The notes beneath the pieces are model-generated. The model was not told the origin of the DNA. It searched no databases and saw only the letters and a list, made by a program, of their open reading frames with translations. A stretch of DNA of 64,000 nucleotides from an uncultured Verrucomicrobiae bacterium (GTDB lineage: Bacteria > Verrucomicrobiota > Verrucomicrobiia > Chthoniobacterales > Chthoniobacteraceae), in NCBI GenBank assembly GCA_963828525.1, contig CAWHEP010000006.1:42728-106727 (forward strand), given 5' to 3'. The position numbers were made by a program, and so were the translations under genes. Each line of letters opens with the position of its first letter. Position 1 is the first letter of the stretch. Shown in pieces: positions 20,493 through 30,115 of the stretch.

Positions 20493-21998
20493 ATGAAGAC
20501 GTTGACCCTTCTGGTTCTTTGCCTTGCGCTGTGTCACATGACAAATGCTCGGGATGCGCGTCCCGCGTCGAGCGACTCCTCCGAGGCGGCGTATTACCGG
20601 ATCATCACGTTGCCTACTCCCCAGGGTGTGCAGTTTGAAGCGGGTGAACTCTGTTTTTTGCCAGGAGATCGGCTCGCTGCCTCGACACGCATTGGGGACA
20701 TATGGATAGCGGATGGTGTCCTTGGTGATCCGGCCAAGGTAAAGTGGAAGCTCTTCGCCAGCGGTCTCCACGAGATACTCGGCCTGGCGTATCGCGACGG
20801 CTGGATCTACGCGACTCAGAGGCCGGAAGTCACTCGCATCAGGGACAGCAAAGGCACGGGACGCGCGGACATATTCGAGACGGTGAGTGATGCATGGGGA
20901 ATTAACGGCGACTACCACGAATACGCCTTCGGATCGAAGTTCGATAAGCAGGGATACATGTGGGTTCTTCTCACGCTTTCGGGATCGGTGGCGAGCAACT
21001 CCCCCTTCCGCGGTTGGGGGATGCGGATCGCGCCCGACGGAAGAACCATTCCTATATGCACCGGCATACGATCATCTGGTGGGCTTGGCTTCAATGCGGC
21101 AGGCGACCTGTTTTATACAGATAACCAGGGTTACTGGAATGGCACGTGCCCGCTACGCCAGCTCATCCCGGGAGAGTTCGAGGGCAACCCCACAGGGCTG
21201 CCGTGGTTTGATAATCCTGCGACCAAAGCGTTTGCGACTTCCTCGGGCCTCATACGGCCCGCGGCCCCGAAGAGCGGAGGCACGTCTCGGCTCTACGATG
21301 AGGCCCGGCGCATTCCCCAGCTTCACCCCCCCGCCGTCTATTTCCCGTATAAGAAGATGGGACAGTCGGCCAGCGGCATCGCCTGCGACCTGAGCAACGG
21401 TCGATTCGGCCCTTTCAAAAACCAGCTATTCATCGGCGATCAGACCTACAGCACGGTGATGCGTGTCGCCTTGGAAAAGGTGAATGGGCGCTACCAGGGT
21501 GCCTGTTTTCCTTTTAAGGAGGGGTTTGATTCGGGCAACCTCGGCCTCGAGTTTGCAAATCAGGGGCCGCTGTTCGTATTCGGAACGGATCGTGGCTGGA
21601 CGGCAAGAGGCGGGAAACCATACGCTCTGCAGCGTCTTGAATGGACGGGGAAGGTACCGTTCGAGATCAACGAGATGCGCGCCCGTTCGGACGGTTTCGA
21701 GCTTACCTTCACGCAGCCGGTCGATGCCGCTGCGGTGGGCGCAATCGAGAGTTACAAGATTGAAACGTACACGTATGTCTATCAATCCACCTATGGCAGC
21801 CCCGAGGTGGATCAGACGACTCCCGTTATCCAGAAAGTGACGGTCGCGACAGACAGAATGAGCGCCCATCTAATGATCTCGGGCCTTGTGCCGGGACACG
21901 TCCACGAGATGCACTTTCCCGGCGTTCGTTCCGCAGCAGGAGAGTTGCTTCTGCACGATGGAGCTTACTACACGCTGAACGCGATTCCGGAACGATAG
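20493..21998 (+). CDS. Secreted beta-propeller protein (sorbosone-dehydrogenase-like, PVC type)
   Basis: Signal peptide, FASGLHEILGL, GDYHEYAFG, FYTDNQGYW. 5 bp downstream of the cytochrome gene. Confidence 0.7.
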   Translation: MKTLTLLVLCLALCHMTNARDARPASSDSSEAAYYRIITLPTPQGVQFEAGELCFLPGDRLAASTRIGDIWIADGVLGDPAKVKWKLFASGLHEILGLAYRDGWIYATQRPEVTRIRDSKGTGRADIFETVSDAWGINGDYHEYAFGSKFDKQGYMWVLLTLSGSVASNSPFRGWGMRIAPDGRTIPICTGIRSSGGLGFNAAGDLFYTDNQGYWNGTCPLRQLIPGEFEGNPTGLPWFDNPATKAFATSSGLIRPAAPKSGGTSRLYDEARRIPQLHPPAVYFPYKKMGQSASGIACDLSNGRFGPFKNQLFIGDQTYSTVMRVALEKVNGRYQGACFPFKEGFDSGNLGLEFANQGPLFVFGTDRGWTARGGKPYALQRLEWTGKVPFEINEMRARSDGFELTFTQPVDAAAVGAIESYKIETYTYVYQSTYGSPEVDQTTPVIQKVTVATDRMSAHLMISGLVPGHVHEMHFPGVRSAAGELLLHDGAYYTLNAIPER

Positions 21999-22053
21999 CG
22001 GGTTGTTGAAAGAGCTGGAAGAACCGCGACAGCCCCCGGCGCGGTCCAGATCT

Positions 22054-23217
22054 TCAAAGAGCAAGGCTGCGCAGTCGTTCGATGGCTTGCTCCATAACCG
22101 GTAACTCGATCTCGGAAGTTTCGAACCGTTTCCCGATCCCCAAAGGGAACGTGATGCACAGCTTGCCGCCCAGATGCTCGCGGAAATCCTCCAGGCCTTC
22201 GAATATCTCCAGCCTGCCATCCTTCTCGCGCGACATTTCGGCGAACCACACCGGCAGGCCAGCTTTCACCATGGCCAGCCGGATCGAAGCAAACTCTTCC
22301 TCTGTGAGCCACCCTTGTATCGCCGCGTAAGCGCAGTCCAGCAGTACTCCCACACCGACAGCTTCCCCGTGCGGGATTGCAAAGCGCGACATCACCTCCA
22401 GCTTGTGGGCCGACCAGTGGCCGAAATCCAGCGGCCGGGCCGCGCCGAACTCAAAGGGGTCGCCACCCGAAGCGATATGAGTCAAATGCAACTCGGCGCA
22501 GCGGCGCGCCAGCCATCCCATGGCGTCCATGTCTCGCCGGCGAAGGGCGTCCGCGTTAGCAGCGAGGAAGTCAAAGAATACCCGATCCTGAATGATCGCC
22601 ACCTTGAACGCTTCCGAGATGCCGCTGATCCACGCGCGGTCATTCAGCGAGAGGAGGAAACGCCGATCATTGATGACCGCGAAAGGCGGGGAGAATACGC
22701 CTATCGCGTTTTTCGTTCCATCCAGATTGACCCCGTTTTTGACGCCTACTCCTGAATCGTTCTGGGCCAGCACAGTCGTCGGAACCCGAATGAGTCGCAA
22801 TCCGCGATGCGTCAGCGCGGCCGCGCAACCCGCGGCGTCGAGTACCGCGCCGCCACCAACCACTATCACGAACGAGTGCCTGCAGAGCCGCGCTCGCACC
22901 ATCGTCTGAACCATCGCGAGGACGAAGGAGAATTCATTTTTGATCGCTTCTCCTCCTTTCGCCACGAGGGGAGCCCCGACGAGTTCCATGCGGTCGGCAT
23001 GGGAGGCGAAATACTCCTTCACAGACTCTGCAAGCTGGGGCAGCGCTTCAACCACGCCGGAGTCCAGAACCACCAGCGCGCGATGACTTCGCGCTTCATC
23101 CAGCCGGCACATCGCTTCGACAAGTGTCGAGTTCGCGGCTTCGAAGATCCCATCTGTGAACAGCACCGGATACTCGAACGAGACAGTCAGCCGTTGCGTG
23201 ATGCTCCCGTCACTCAC
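22054..23217 (-). CDS. 3-dehydroquinate synthase-like sugar phosphate cyclase (EboD-like)
   Basis: GGEAIKN, GGGAVLD, PTTVLAQNDSGVGVKN, RPLDFGHWSAHKLE, GLEDFREHLGG. This is the EboD-type rather than the canonical AroB signature. Confidence 0.85.
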   Translation of the reverse strand: MSDGSITQRLTVSFEYPVLFTDGIFEAANSTLVEAMCRLDEARSHRALVVLDSGVVEALPQLAESVKEYFASHADRMELVGAPLVAKGGEAIKNEFSFVLAMVQTMVRARLCRHSFVIVVGGGAVLDAAGCAAALTHRGLRLIRVPTTVLAQNDSGVGVKNGVNLDGTKNAIGVFSPPFAVINDRRFLLSLNDRAWISGISEAFKVAIIQDRVFFDFLAANADALRRRDMDAMGWLARRCAELHLTHIASGGDPFEFGAARPLDFGHWSAHKLEVMSRFAIPHGEAVGVGVLLDCAYAAIQGWLTEEEFASIRLAMVKAGLPVWFAEMSREKDGRLEIFEGLEDFREHLGGKLCITFPLGIGKRFETSEIELPVMEQAIERLRSLAL

Positions 23218-24494
23218 GCGCTCGCATCCAGTCGCTGCCGCGCCACTTCAGCAAGTTCAATGAGGGTCTTTGGCTTGACGGCAAAATTAATAGAGGAGCG
23301 CCACGCCGCGTCCATGTTCGTTCCGGGGCGTCCATGAGTGCCGAGCACCCGTGACGTGTCCGAACTCACACTCAGGGGTGGCCACCCGAAGAACAGCTCA
23401 CAAGGGTCGTAACCGGGCTTGTTGTGGATATCCACATGGCTCGCGAAATCTGGAGCCTTGTCGTGATCGTCCCACCATGGATAGGCAAACCATCTCCCTT
23501 CTTCCGCTATTAACACCAGTTCGCCACCACGGGGATGATCCAGGCCCATGCTTTTCTGCTCCGCGCGGTTTAGGATACGCCGGATCCCCGGCAAATCTCG
23601 CAACACATCCCGCGCTTGTTCCGCAGCGGAGGGGTCTCCGTAGATGTGCGCTATCTGATGATCGGCCACGGCGAACGCGCGTCCTGAGAAAAAATCCGGG
23701 TAGCTCATCCCGCCTGCCTCGCGCGTGGCGAACAGACCCGCCTCCCGCAAGCGTCGGTTTGGAAAGATCGCCGGGCCGGTGACTTGCTCGATCGCGTAGT
23801 CCCCGTAGATGATGAAATCATAGCCGTGTAGTTGAGCATGCGCTTCGATCTTCGCCAGGTATCCCAGGAAAGTCTGGAAGGCGAGACGGGCGGCGCTGGA
23901 CTGCGGGCCGTAGCGCTGCAAATCGTAATCCAGATGAGGGATGTAGGAAAGAAGAAGACCCGGGGCATCGTCCATCTCCATGACGTTGAGCGTTGCGTCC
24001 ACAATCCAGTCGCTGGAACGGCGCGAGGCAAGCGGCCCCCAGTAATGCATGAGGTTGAATGATCGCCCGTTCAGATTCCGCAGCAGCCGTGTATAAAGGT
24101 CGGGCGGCTCCGCCTGGCATGCCTGGATCATCCCGCCTCCATGTTTATGAATGGGCGCGGGTGACAGCACCCAGTCCACCCGTTCGCCGAGGCTGTGCTG
24201 CCAAAACATCATGCCCACCCGTCCGCCGGCGGATCGGTAACGGTCCCAGATCCTTTCCCCTTGCACGAGCGCCGCGGATTGCTCCCAGAACATTACTTTG
24301 CGGAGGTCTCTGAAGAAGAGTCCATTCGAAACCATCCCGTGCGCCGCTGGCAGAGTTGCCGTCCGAAACGAGGCCTGCGCGGTGCAGGTCACGGCCGGAA
24401 ATACCGGCTCCAGCCGATCGAAGTTCCCAGGACTAAAGCGGGACGCCATGTCCCAGCCCAGCGCCGCTGCTTGTATGACGAGGAGTTTTCGCAT
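23214..24494 (-). CDS. Alkaline phosphatase/nucleotide pyrophosphatase family protein (EboF-like)
   Basis: PAVTCTAQA, YIPHLDYDLQRYGP, AVADHQIAHIY, VDIHNKPGYDPCELF, GTHG. Confidence 0.85.
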   Translation of the reverse strand: MRKLLVIQAAALGWDMASRFSPGNFDRLEPVFPAVTCTAQASFRTATLPAAHGMVSNGLFFRDLRKVMFWEQSAALVQGERIWDRYRSAGGRVGMMFWQHSLGERVDWVLSPAPIHKHGGGMIQACQAEPPDLYTRLLRNLNGRSFNLMHYWGPLASRRSSDWIVDATLNVMEMDDAPGLLLSYIPHLDYDLQRYGPQSSAARLAFQTFLGYLAKIEAHAQLHGYDFIIYGDYAIEQVTGPAIFPNRRLREAGLFATREAGGMSYPDFFSGRAFAVADHQIAHIYGDPSAAEQARDVLRDLPGIRRILNRAEQKSMGLDHPRGGELVLIAEEGRWFAYPWWDDHDKAPDFASHVDIHNKPGYDPCELFFGWPPLSVSSDTSRVLGTHGRPGTNMDAAWRSSINFAVKPKTLIELAEVARQRLDASA

Positions 24495-24650
24495 CGGATC
24501 CCATGTTCGACGACGCTGCGGGCGAAATCAGCCGAATATTGTCCGCGACAGTATCGCGCGCCCCGCGCCGGGTCAACCTGCGCGCTCTCCCAGCGCGGAC
24601 AAATCTCGCTTGCTACCCTTCCGGCGTTTCGCGATATTCCGCGTCCCCAA

Positions 24651-25952
24651 ATGCAACAAATCGGCATCGGACTGGCGGGATTAGGCACAGTAGGAGGAGG
24701 CGTTTACAAACACCTCACGAAGAACCGTGTCCTGCTCATGGAACGGCTTGGTTTGGAACTCGTCGTCCGCCGCATTGCCGTGCGGGATATTGGCAAGGCG
24801 CGCGCTGTCTCCGCTCCTTCTGATCTGCTAACCCAGGACTGGCGCGAGCTCATCGATGACCCATCCATTCAAATCGTCGTGGAGTTGATAGGGAATATAG
24901 AGGCCGCGCTTGAATTGGTCCTGCGGGCGATAGACAGCGGCAAAATCGTAGTCACCGGCAACAAAGCTCTCCTCGCGGAGCATGGGGATCAAATTTTCCG
25001 CGCGGCTACTCTTAAGAAAGTTCCCGTCTTCTTTGAGGCGGCTGCCGCGGGAGGCATCCCCATCATAAAAGCCATTCGCGAGGCGTTCATCGGGAATCAC
25101 ATAGAATCCATCCACGGGATTATCAACGGCACAAGTAACTACATTCTCTCGAGGATGACGGCGTCAGGCTTGAGTTTTCACGCTGCTTTGAAAGAGGCGC
25201 AGGAGCTTGGATTCGCCGAAGCGGATCCGGCCCTGGATGTGAACGGATGGGACGCCGCGCACAAAGCGATTATACTGGCCTCGCTCGCCTATGGCTTCTG
25301 GGTTCGAACCGACAAGATCTATGTCGAAGGGATCGAGATGATCACCGCGGAAGACATCCGTTTTTCCCGCGAACTGGGCTACTGCATAAAGTTGCTCGCT
25401 ATCATCAAGGCCGATGAGAAGGAGGGGATCGAGGTGCGCGTCCACCCCACGCTCATACCCCTCTCGCACGTCCTCGCTTCCGTGAACGGTGTCTTTAACG
25501 CCGTGGCGGTGCGCGGCGACGTGGTCGGCGAGACGCTGTTTTATGGGCGCGGCGCGGGGCAGGACCCTACCTCCAGCGCTGTCTTGAGCGATTTGGCGGA
25601 AGCCGCCGCCGCGATTGATTGCCCGCGCCGCAGCTTCGGTTTTACGCCTCACGCGCTCTATGGAATTTGCAAGCGGATCGATGAAGTCGTATCTCAATAC
25701 TACTTGCGCATTTCCGTGATTGATAAGCCAGGCACCCTGGCGCGCGTCGCGGGTATCCTGGCGGAACTCGAGATTGGCATTTCTTCAGTCATTCAGCCCG
25801 AGGCCCAGGAAGGCGAGTCTGTGCCGCTCATCCTCATGATCCACGACGCGACAAACACACAAATGACCTCCGCATTGCTTCAGATTTCCCGGCTTGAATG
25901 TGTGAAGCGTCCCCCACGCATGATCCGCGTGGAAGCTTTTTCAGTATCATGA
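24651..25952 (+). CDS. hom: Homoserine dehydrogenase with ACT domain
   Basis: GLGTVGGG, VVTGNKA, GIINGTSNYIL, GFAEADP, GRGAG, C-terminal ACT domain (DKPGTLA). Confidence 0.95.
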   Translation: MQQIGIGLAGLGTVGGGVYKHLTKNRVLLMERLGLELVVRRIAVRDIGKARAVSAPSDLLTQDWRELIDDPSIQIVVELIGNIEAALELVLRAIDSGKIVVTGNKALLAEHGDQIFRAATLKKVPVFFEAAAAGGIPIIKAIREAFIGNHIESIHGIINGTSNYILSRMTASGLSFHAALKEAQELGFAEADPALDVNGWDAAHKAIILASLAYGFWVRTDKIYVEGIEMITAEDIRFSRELGYCIKLLAIIKADEKEGIEVRVHPTLIPLSHVLASVNGVFNAVAVRGDVVGETLFYGRGAGQDPTSSAVLSDLAEAAAAIDCPRRSFGFTPHALYGICKRIDEVVSQYYLRISVIDKPGTLARVAGILAELEIGISSVIQPEAQEGESVPLILMIHDATNTQMTSALLQISRLECVKRPPRMIRVEAFSVS

Positions 25953-27046
25953 AGCCGCTCCTCCATGATCGCGGCATCATCGCGCGGTATCGTGAGTTCC
26001 TGCCGGTCTCGGGAACGACCCCTGTTGTTTCGCTCAGCGAGGGTTCGACTCCCCTTATATATTCGCCGCGCCTTAGCGAGAAGGTAGGGAGCGACTGTGA
26101 GGTTTACCTGAAGTTTGAGGGGTTGAACCCAACGGGCTCCTTCAAAGATCGCGGGATGACAATGGCAATCTCCAAGGCGGTGGAGCAGGGGGCCCGCGCC
26201 GTGATCTGCGCCTCTACTGGCAATACCTCCGCCTCCGCGGCGGCGTACGCTGCCCGCGCCGGATTGCAGTGCATCGTGATACTCCCCGCCGGCAAGATTG
26301 CGATGGGTAAACTCGCCCAGGCTTTCGTCTATGGCGCGAGGGTCATCGCCATAGACGGCAATTTCGATGACGCGTTGCGCCTGGTGCGCGAAATCGCGGA
26401 GACCGAGAATTTTTCCATCGTGAATTCGATCAACCCCCACCGGATCGAAGGACAAAAGACCGCCGCCTTTGAGGTAGTCGAGGAGCTTGGGCGCGCTCCG
26501 GACCTGCATTTTCTGCCCGTCGGCAACGCGGGAAACATCACTGCCTACTGGAAAGGCTACACCGAGTTTCATCGGGAGGGGCGCTGCGGCTCACTGCCGA
26601 GGATGGTCGGTTTCCAGGCTGCGGGTTCCGCGCCTATCTTTTACAACAAGGTTGTTACCAATCCCGAGACCGTGGCCAGTGCCATTCGCATTGGCAATCC
26701 GGCGAGCTGGAAATTCGCCACAGCGGCGATTTCAGAATCGGGTGGCGCGATAGATATCGTCACTGACATTGAGATCATGGCCGCCCAGAAATGGCTCGCT
26801 TGTCAGGAAGGGATCTTTGTGGAACCAGCCAGCGCCACTTCCGTCGCGGGCCTGTTAAAATGTCTCGGAGCCGACCAATGCGGAGCATGCCCGCTTCCGC
26901 GCCTTCCTCCGAACGGCGTCATCGTTTGCACGGTGACTGGCCACGGGTTGAAGGATCCCGACGTCGCTCGCGAGCAATGCGGAAGCATGATCACTTCCAA
27001 AGCGGACAAAGCGGAGATAATGCTGAAGATTCGCTTGCCTGAGTAG
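25949..27046 (+). CDS. thrC: Threonine synthase
   Basis: NPTGSFKDRG PLP-Lys motif, CASTGNTS, PVGNAGN, TGHGLKD. Confidence 0.95.
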   Translation: MKPLLHDRGIIARYREFLPVSGTTPVVSLSEGSTPLIYSPRLSEKVGSDCEVYLKFEGLNPTGSFKDRGMTMAISKAVEQGARAVICASTGNTSASAAAYAARAGLQCIVILPAGKIAMGKLAQAFVYGARVIAIDGNFDDALRLVREIAETENFSIVNSINPHRIEGQKTAAFEVVEELGRAPDLHFLPVGNAGNITAYWKGYTEFHREGRCGSLPRMVGFQAAGSAPIFYNKVVTNPETVASAIRIGNPASWKFATAAISESGGAIDIVTDIEIMAAQKWLACQEGIFVEPASATSVAGLLKCLGADQCGACPLPRLPPNGVIVCTVTGHGLKDPDVAREQCGSMITSKADKAEIMLKIRLPE

Positions 27047-27075
27047 AGTCGCGTCCGGTCCGGCTATCTGAAAAC

Positions 27076-28296
27076 GTGAGTCTCATTGTCCAAAAATACG
27101 GCGGCACTTCCGTCGGCAGTCCAGAGCGTATCCTGAATGTCGCGCGCCGCGTGGCCGCCACCCACGACGCGGGCAACAAAGTGGTAGTCGTAGTTTCGGC
27201 CATGTCCGGCGTCACAGACTCTCTCATCACCCTGGCTCGCGCCGTCTCGCCGAACCCCACGGATCGCGAGATGGATGTTCTCCTCGCGACCGGGGAGCAA
27301 ACCACCATCGCCCTCACCGCGATGGCGGTAAATTCCTTGGGAAGGAAGGCGGTCTCTCTTACGGGAGCCCAAGCCGGGATCATCACTGACGGCGTTCACA
27401 CCCGGGCGAAGATTTCCGATATTTCCCCGGCGCAGGTGCATGAATTTCTTGAGAGGGGCAATATCGTCATCGTCGCCGGATTCCAAGGGCATACCATGGA
27501 AGGACAGATCACCACCTTGGGCAGGGGAGGCTCGGATTTGACGGCAATTGCCATGGCCTCCGCCCTTGGCGCGAGTGTCTGTCAGATCTTTACGGACGTG
27601 GAGGGCGTGTATACCTGTGACCCGAAGATTGTTCCCGCCGCGCGGAAACTGGAGGAAATTTCTTACGACGAAATGCTTGAGATGGCCAGCTCAGGATCGA
27701 AGGTCATGCAGTCCCGTTCCGTCGAATTTGCGAAGAAATTCGGCGTTCGTTTCGAGGTTCGCAGCAGTTTCAATGACAACCCCGGCACTATCGTGAAAGA
27801 AGAAACTATGAGTATGGAAAATGTTGTCATTCGCGGGATCAGCATCGAGCGGAATCAAGCCAAGGTAACAATTTCCCAGGTGCCGGACAGGCCAGGCGTG
27901 GCTTCCCGGATTTTCGGGGCGATTGCCGAAGCAGGCCTCATCGTGGACATGATCGTGCAGAATGTGTCTTTTAGCGGCGCCACGGACATCTCTTTCACCT
28001 TAAATAAAGCGGAACTGCCGAAAGCGACCGGGATTTTGGAGCCGATCATCAAGGAGATCGGCGCGCATGCTCTGGTCCCGCAAGGCGGCATCGCCAAGTT
28101 GAGCGTGGTGGGAATCGGCATGCGTTCTCATTCCGGCGTGGCGGCCCAGCTCTTTGAATGCCTTAGCCAGGGCGGCATCAACATCCAGATGATCTCAACA
28201 TCCGAGATCAAAATTGCAGTGATCATCGAGGAGAGCAAAATTGTCGAAGCCGCGAACCTCGCGCATGCGGGATTTGGGCTTGAGATCGCCCGCTGA
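27076..28296 (+). CDS. lysC: Aspartate kinase
   Basis: QKYGGTSV, VVSAM, TLGRGGSD, TDVEG, two ACT domains, STSEIK. Confidence 0.95.
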   Translation: MSLIVQKYGGTSVGSPERILNVARRVAATHDAGNKVVVVVSAMSGVTDSLITLARAVSPNPTDREMDVLLATGEQTTIALTAMAVNSLGRKAVSLTGAQAGIITDGVHTRAKISDISPAQVHEFLERGNIVIVAGFQGHTMEGQITTLGRGGSDLTAIAMASALGASVCQIFTDVEGVYTCDPKIVPAARKLEEISYDEMLEMASSGSKVMQSRSVEFAKKFGVRFEVRSSFNDNPGTIVKEETMSMENVVIRGISIERNQAKVTISQVPDRPGVASRIFGAIAEAGLIVDMIVQNVSFSGATDISFTLNKAELPKATGILEPIIKEIGAHALVPQGGIAKLSVVGIGMRSHSGVAAQLFECLSQGGINIQMISTSEIKIAVIIEESKIVEAANLAHAGFGLEIAR

Positions 28297-28310
28297 TAAG
28301 CAGCGCCTCT

Positions 28311-28358
28311 AAACGAAAACCACCCTTCCGTGTTCATCGCGAACAGCGGCAAGGGTGG
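28311..28358 (-). terminator. Putative intrinsic terminator between convergent lysC and TIGR03118 genes
   Basis: Hairpin CCACCCTT..TGTTC-loop-GAACA..AAGGGTGG (28320-28358), followed on the minus strand by TTTTCGTTT. Confidence 0.55.
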
Positions 28359-28381
28359 CTTCCCGGGAGATGACTGGGCTT

Positions 28382-29590
28382 TTACTGAAGCGCCGGAATC
28401 TCAAACAAGTCGCGGCGGAAGATCCGGCTCACAAGGCCATGTGATTCGCCGACGATCCCAGCAGCGCAGTAGATGTTGAAATCGTCCTCGCGCAGATCAT
28501 TCAAATCCAGGAGGTTTGTCACGTTGAAGAAACCCTCCGGCTCCCTGCCGAAATGGAGCGCCCACAAGTTCTGGAACTGCAGTGGTGCTTTGCGACGGTC
28601 AACGACCACATTTCCAGCAACCGCGCCCGGCTGACCCTGCACGACACTTGTGGCGTCGAAAGCTACGATCAGGCCGCTGCCGTTGTTGCCTACCAGAAGC
28701 TGGTTTCTTAGATGGTTGTAGGCCATGCCCCAAGGCGAGTTGAGATTGGTATTTGGACCAGCTAGTCGTTTGATCAGCGTGCCGTCCGTGCGGAACACGT
28801 TGATATAACCATTTGTCCCGGTGTCATCATGCTTTGCCAGGTCCTGCTGAGCATAGGTTACATAGAGAAACTCAGTAGTGGCTCCGACAACAACGCGCTT
28901 GATATTGAACGGCGCAAAGCCGGAAACAGCGTTGGGGTCAGCAAATCCGCCGGGCACCGTGATAGGCTGGAATTGGGCATTGAAGACATCAACTGTTCCC
29001 GCGTGGAAGTTGCAGGCGTAAAGTTGATGCTGTCCGCCCGAGAATGCCTCCGCCAAACCTTTATACACCGCGCCCGCTCCTGAGTTATCTACAGCTATAA
29101 TGGCGTGGGCTCCATCCACTGATGGAGCGTAACCGCAAATGGTCCCATCCTCGGTGGCGAACAGCAGTTGCGCGGGCTCCGTGCTGGAATTCTCCGTGAT
29201 GGAGAAGTCATTATGGTGCGGGTTCGAAGCAGGGGTAAGGGAAGTATGGTTTACCACGACGCCAGTGGGCGCCGCGATGGCGGCAGTGCCACTCGAGACA
29301 GGCGCGGGGATCGTGACAACTACATTGGCGGGAACGCCAAAGTTGTTGTAAAGCGTCGCCACTCCTGTGGCATTATCCGCTACCCAATAGGCGCCGCCTC
29401 CAGGTGTTGGCACAAGGCCCCATGGATTTATCAGGTGCGGATCGATGCTCTTGGCGACTCCAGGAATATCGGAGTCAAGGTTTATCCATTCAAGCTGGGC
29501 GCGCGCGCTTTGCGCGGAGCAGAGAATGGAAACGGTGGCGGCGATCATTGCGGCGCCGCGGGTGGCGAAGGGATGTTTGTTTACTATCAT
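28382..29590 (-). CDS. TIGR03118 family secreted protein
   Basis: DPHLINPWGL, WVADNATG, FATEDGTI, AVYKGLA, FAPFNI, LNSPWG, LVGNNGSG. Confidence 0.9.
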   Translation of the reverse strand: MIVNKHPFATRGAAMIAATVSILCSAQSARAQLEWINLDSDIPGVAKSIDPHLINPWGLVPTPGGGAYWVADNATGVATLYNNFGVPANVVVTIPAPVSSGTAAIAAPTGVVVNHTSLTPASNPHHNDFSITENSSTEPAQLLFATEDGTICGYAPSVDGAHAIIAVDNSGAGAVYKGLAEAFSGGQHQLYACNFHAGTVDVFNAQFQPITVPGGFADPNAVSGFAPFNIKRVVVGATTEFLYVTYAQQDLAKHDDTGTNGYINVFRTDGTLIKRLAGPNTNLNSPWGMAYNHLRNQLLVGNNGSGLIVAFDATSVVQGQPGAVAGNVVVDRRKAPLQFQNLWALHFGREPEGFFNVTNLLDLNDLREDDFNIYCAAGIVGESHGLVSRIFRRDLFEIPALQ

Positions 29591-29913
29591 AAGCAGGAGC
29601 GGGGTGGTTAGCAGTGTTAGGTTATTAACGGTGAATGAAGCCGGACTTTGCTTCAGCGTCCGTTACCTAACAAAACTCCGCCGCACAACGAAGGTTGCGC
29701 GTCTTCTCACATTCCCTAGCATGTTTGAGTCTCGTTCGGCAGTGACGATCTCCGATGTAGACCAGTGAACCGGTTTGAGAAGATCCAAAGAAACGGGTCG
29801 AGCTCCGGCAAAGGTCCGTAGGGCGAGCTGGCGCTGATTCCTCCGAGGAATTAAGCCGATTATGGACGCCGTCTTACTCCCAGCTGTGAATAATGGGGCT
29901 GGTCGCCAAAACG

Positions 29914-29987
29914 TGCGCCCGTGCAGACTCGAACTGCAAACCTTCTGATCCGTAGTCAGATGCTCTATCCAATTGAGCTACGAGCGC
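29914..29987 (-). tRNA. tRNA-Arg(ACG)
   Basis: Reverse complement is GCGCTCGTAGCTCAATTGGATAGAGCATCTGACT-ACG-GATCAGAAGGTTTGCAGTTCGAGTCTGCACGGGCGCA. Confidence 0.95.
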
Positions 29988-30115
29988 GTTCCCTTGGGAA
30001 GGAACGATCATATCTGATGGACGCGGGATTGCAACCATGAGAGCGCGCCCCTTTCGAACACGAGGGTTGACCGGCCTTTCCCCTCCCGTGGACAGGGACG
30101 GGTCTGAGAATATCA

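Noticed and set aside
24195..24650. Long N-terminal extension of homoserine dehydrogenase
   Set aside because: It overlaps the divergent EboF-like gene. The Rossmann motif begins right after ATG 24651.
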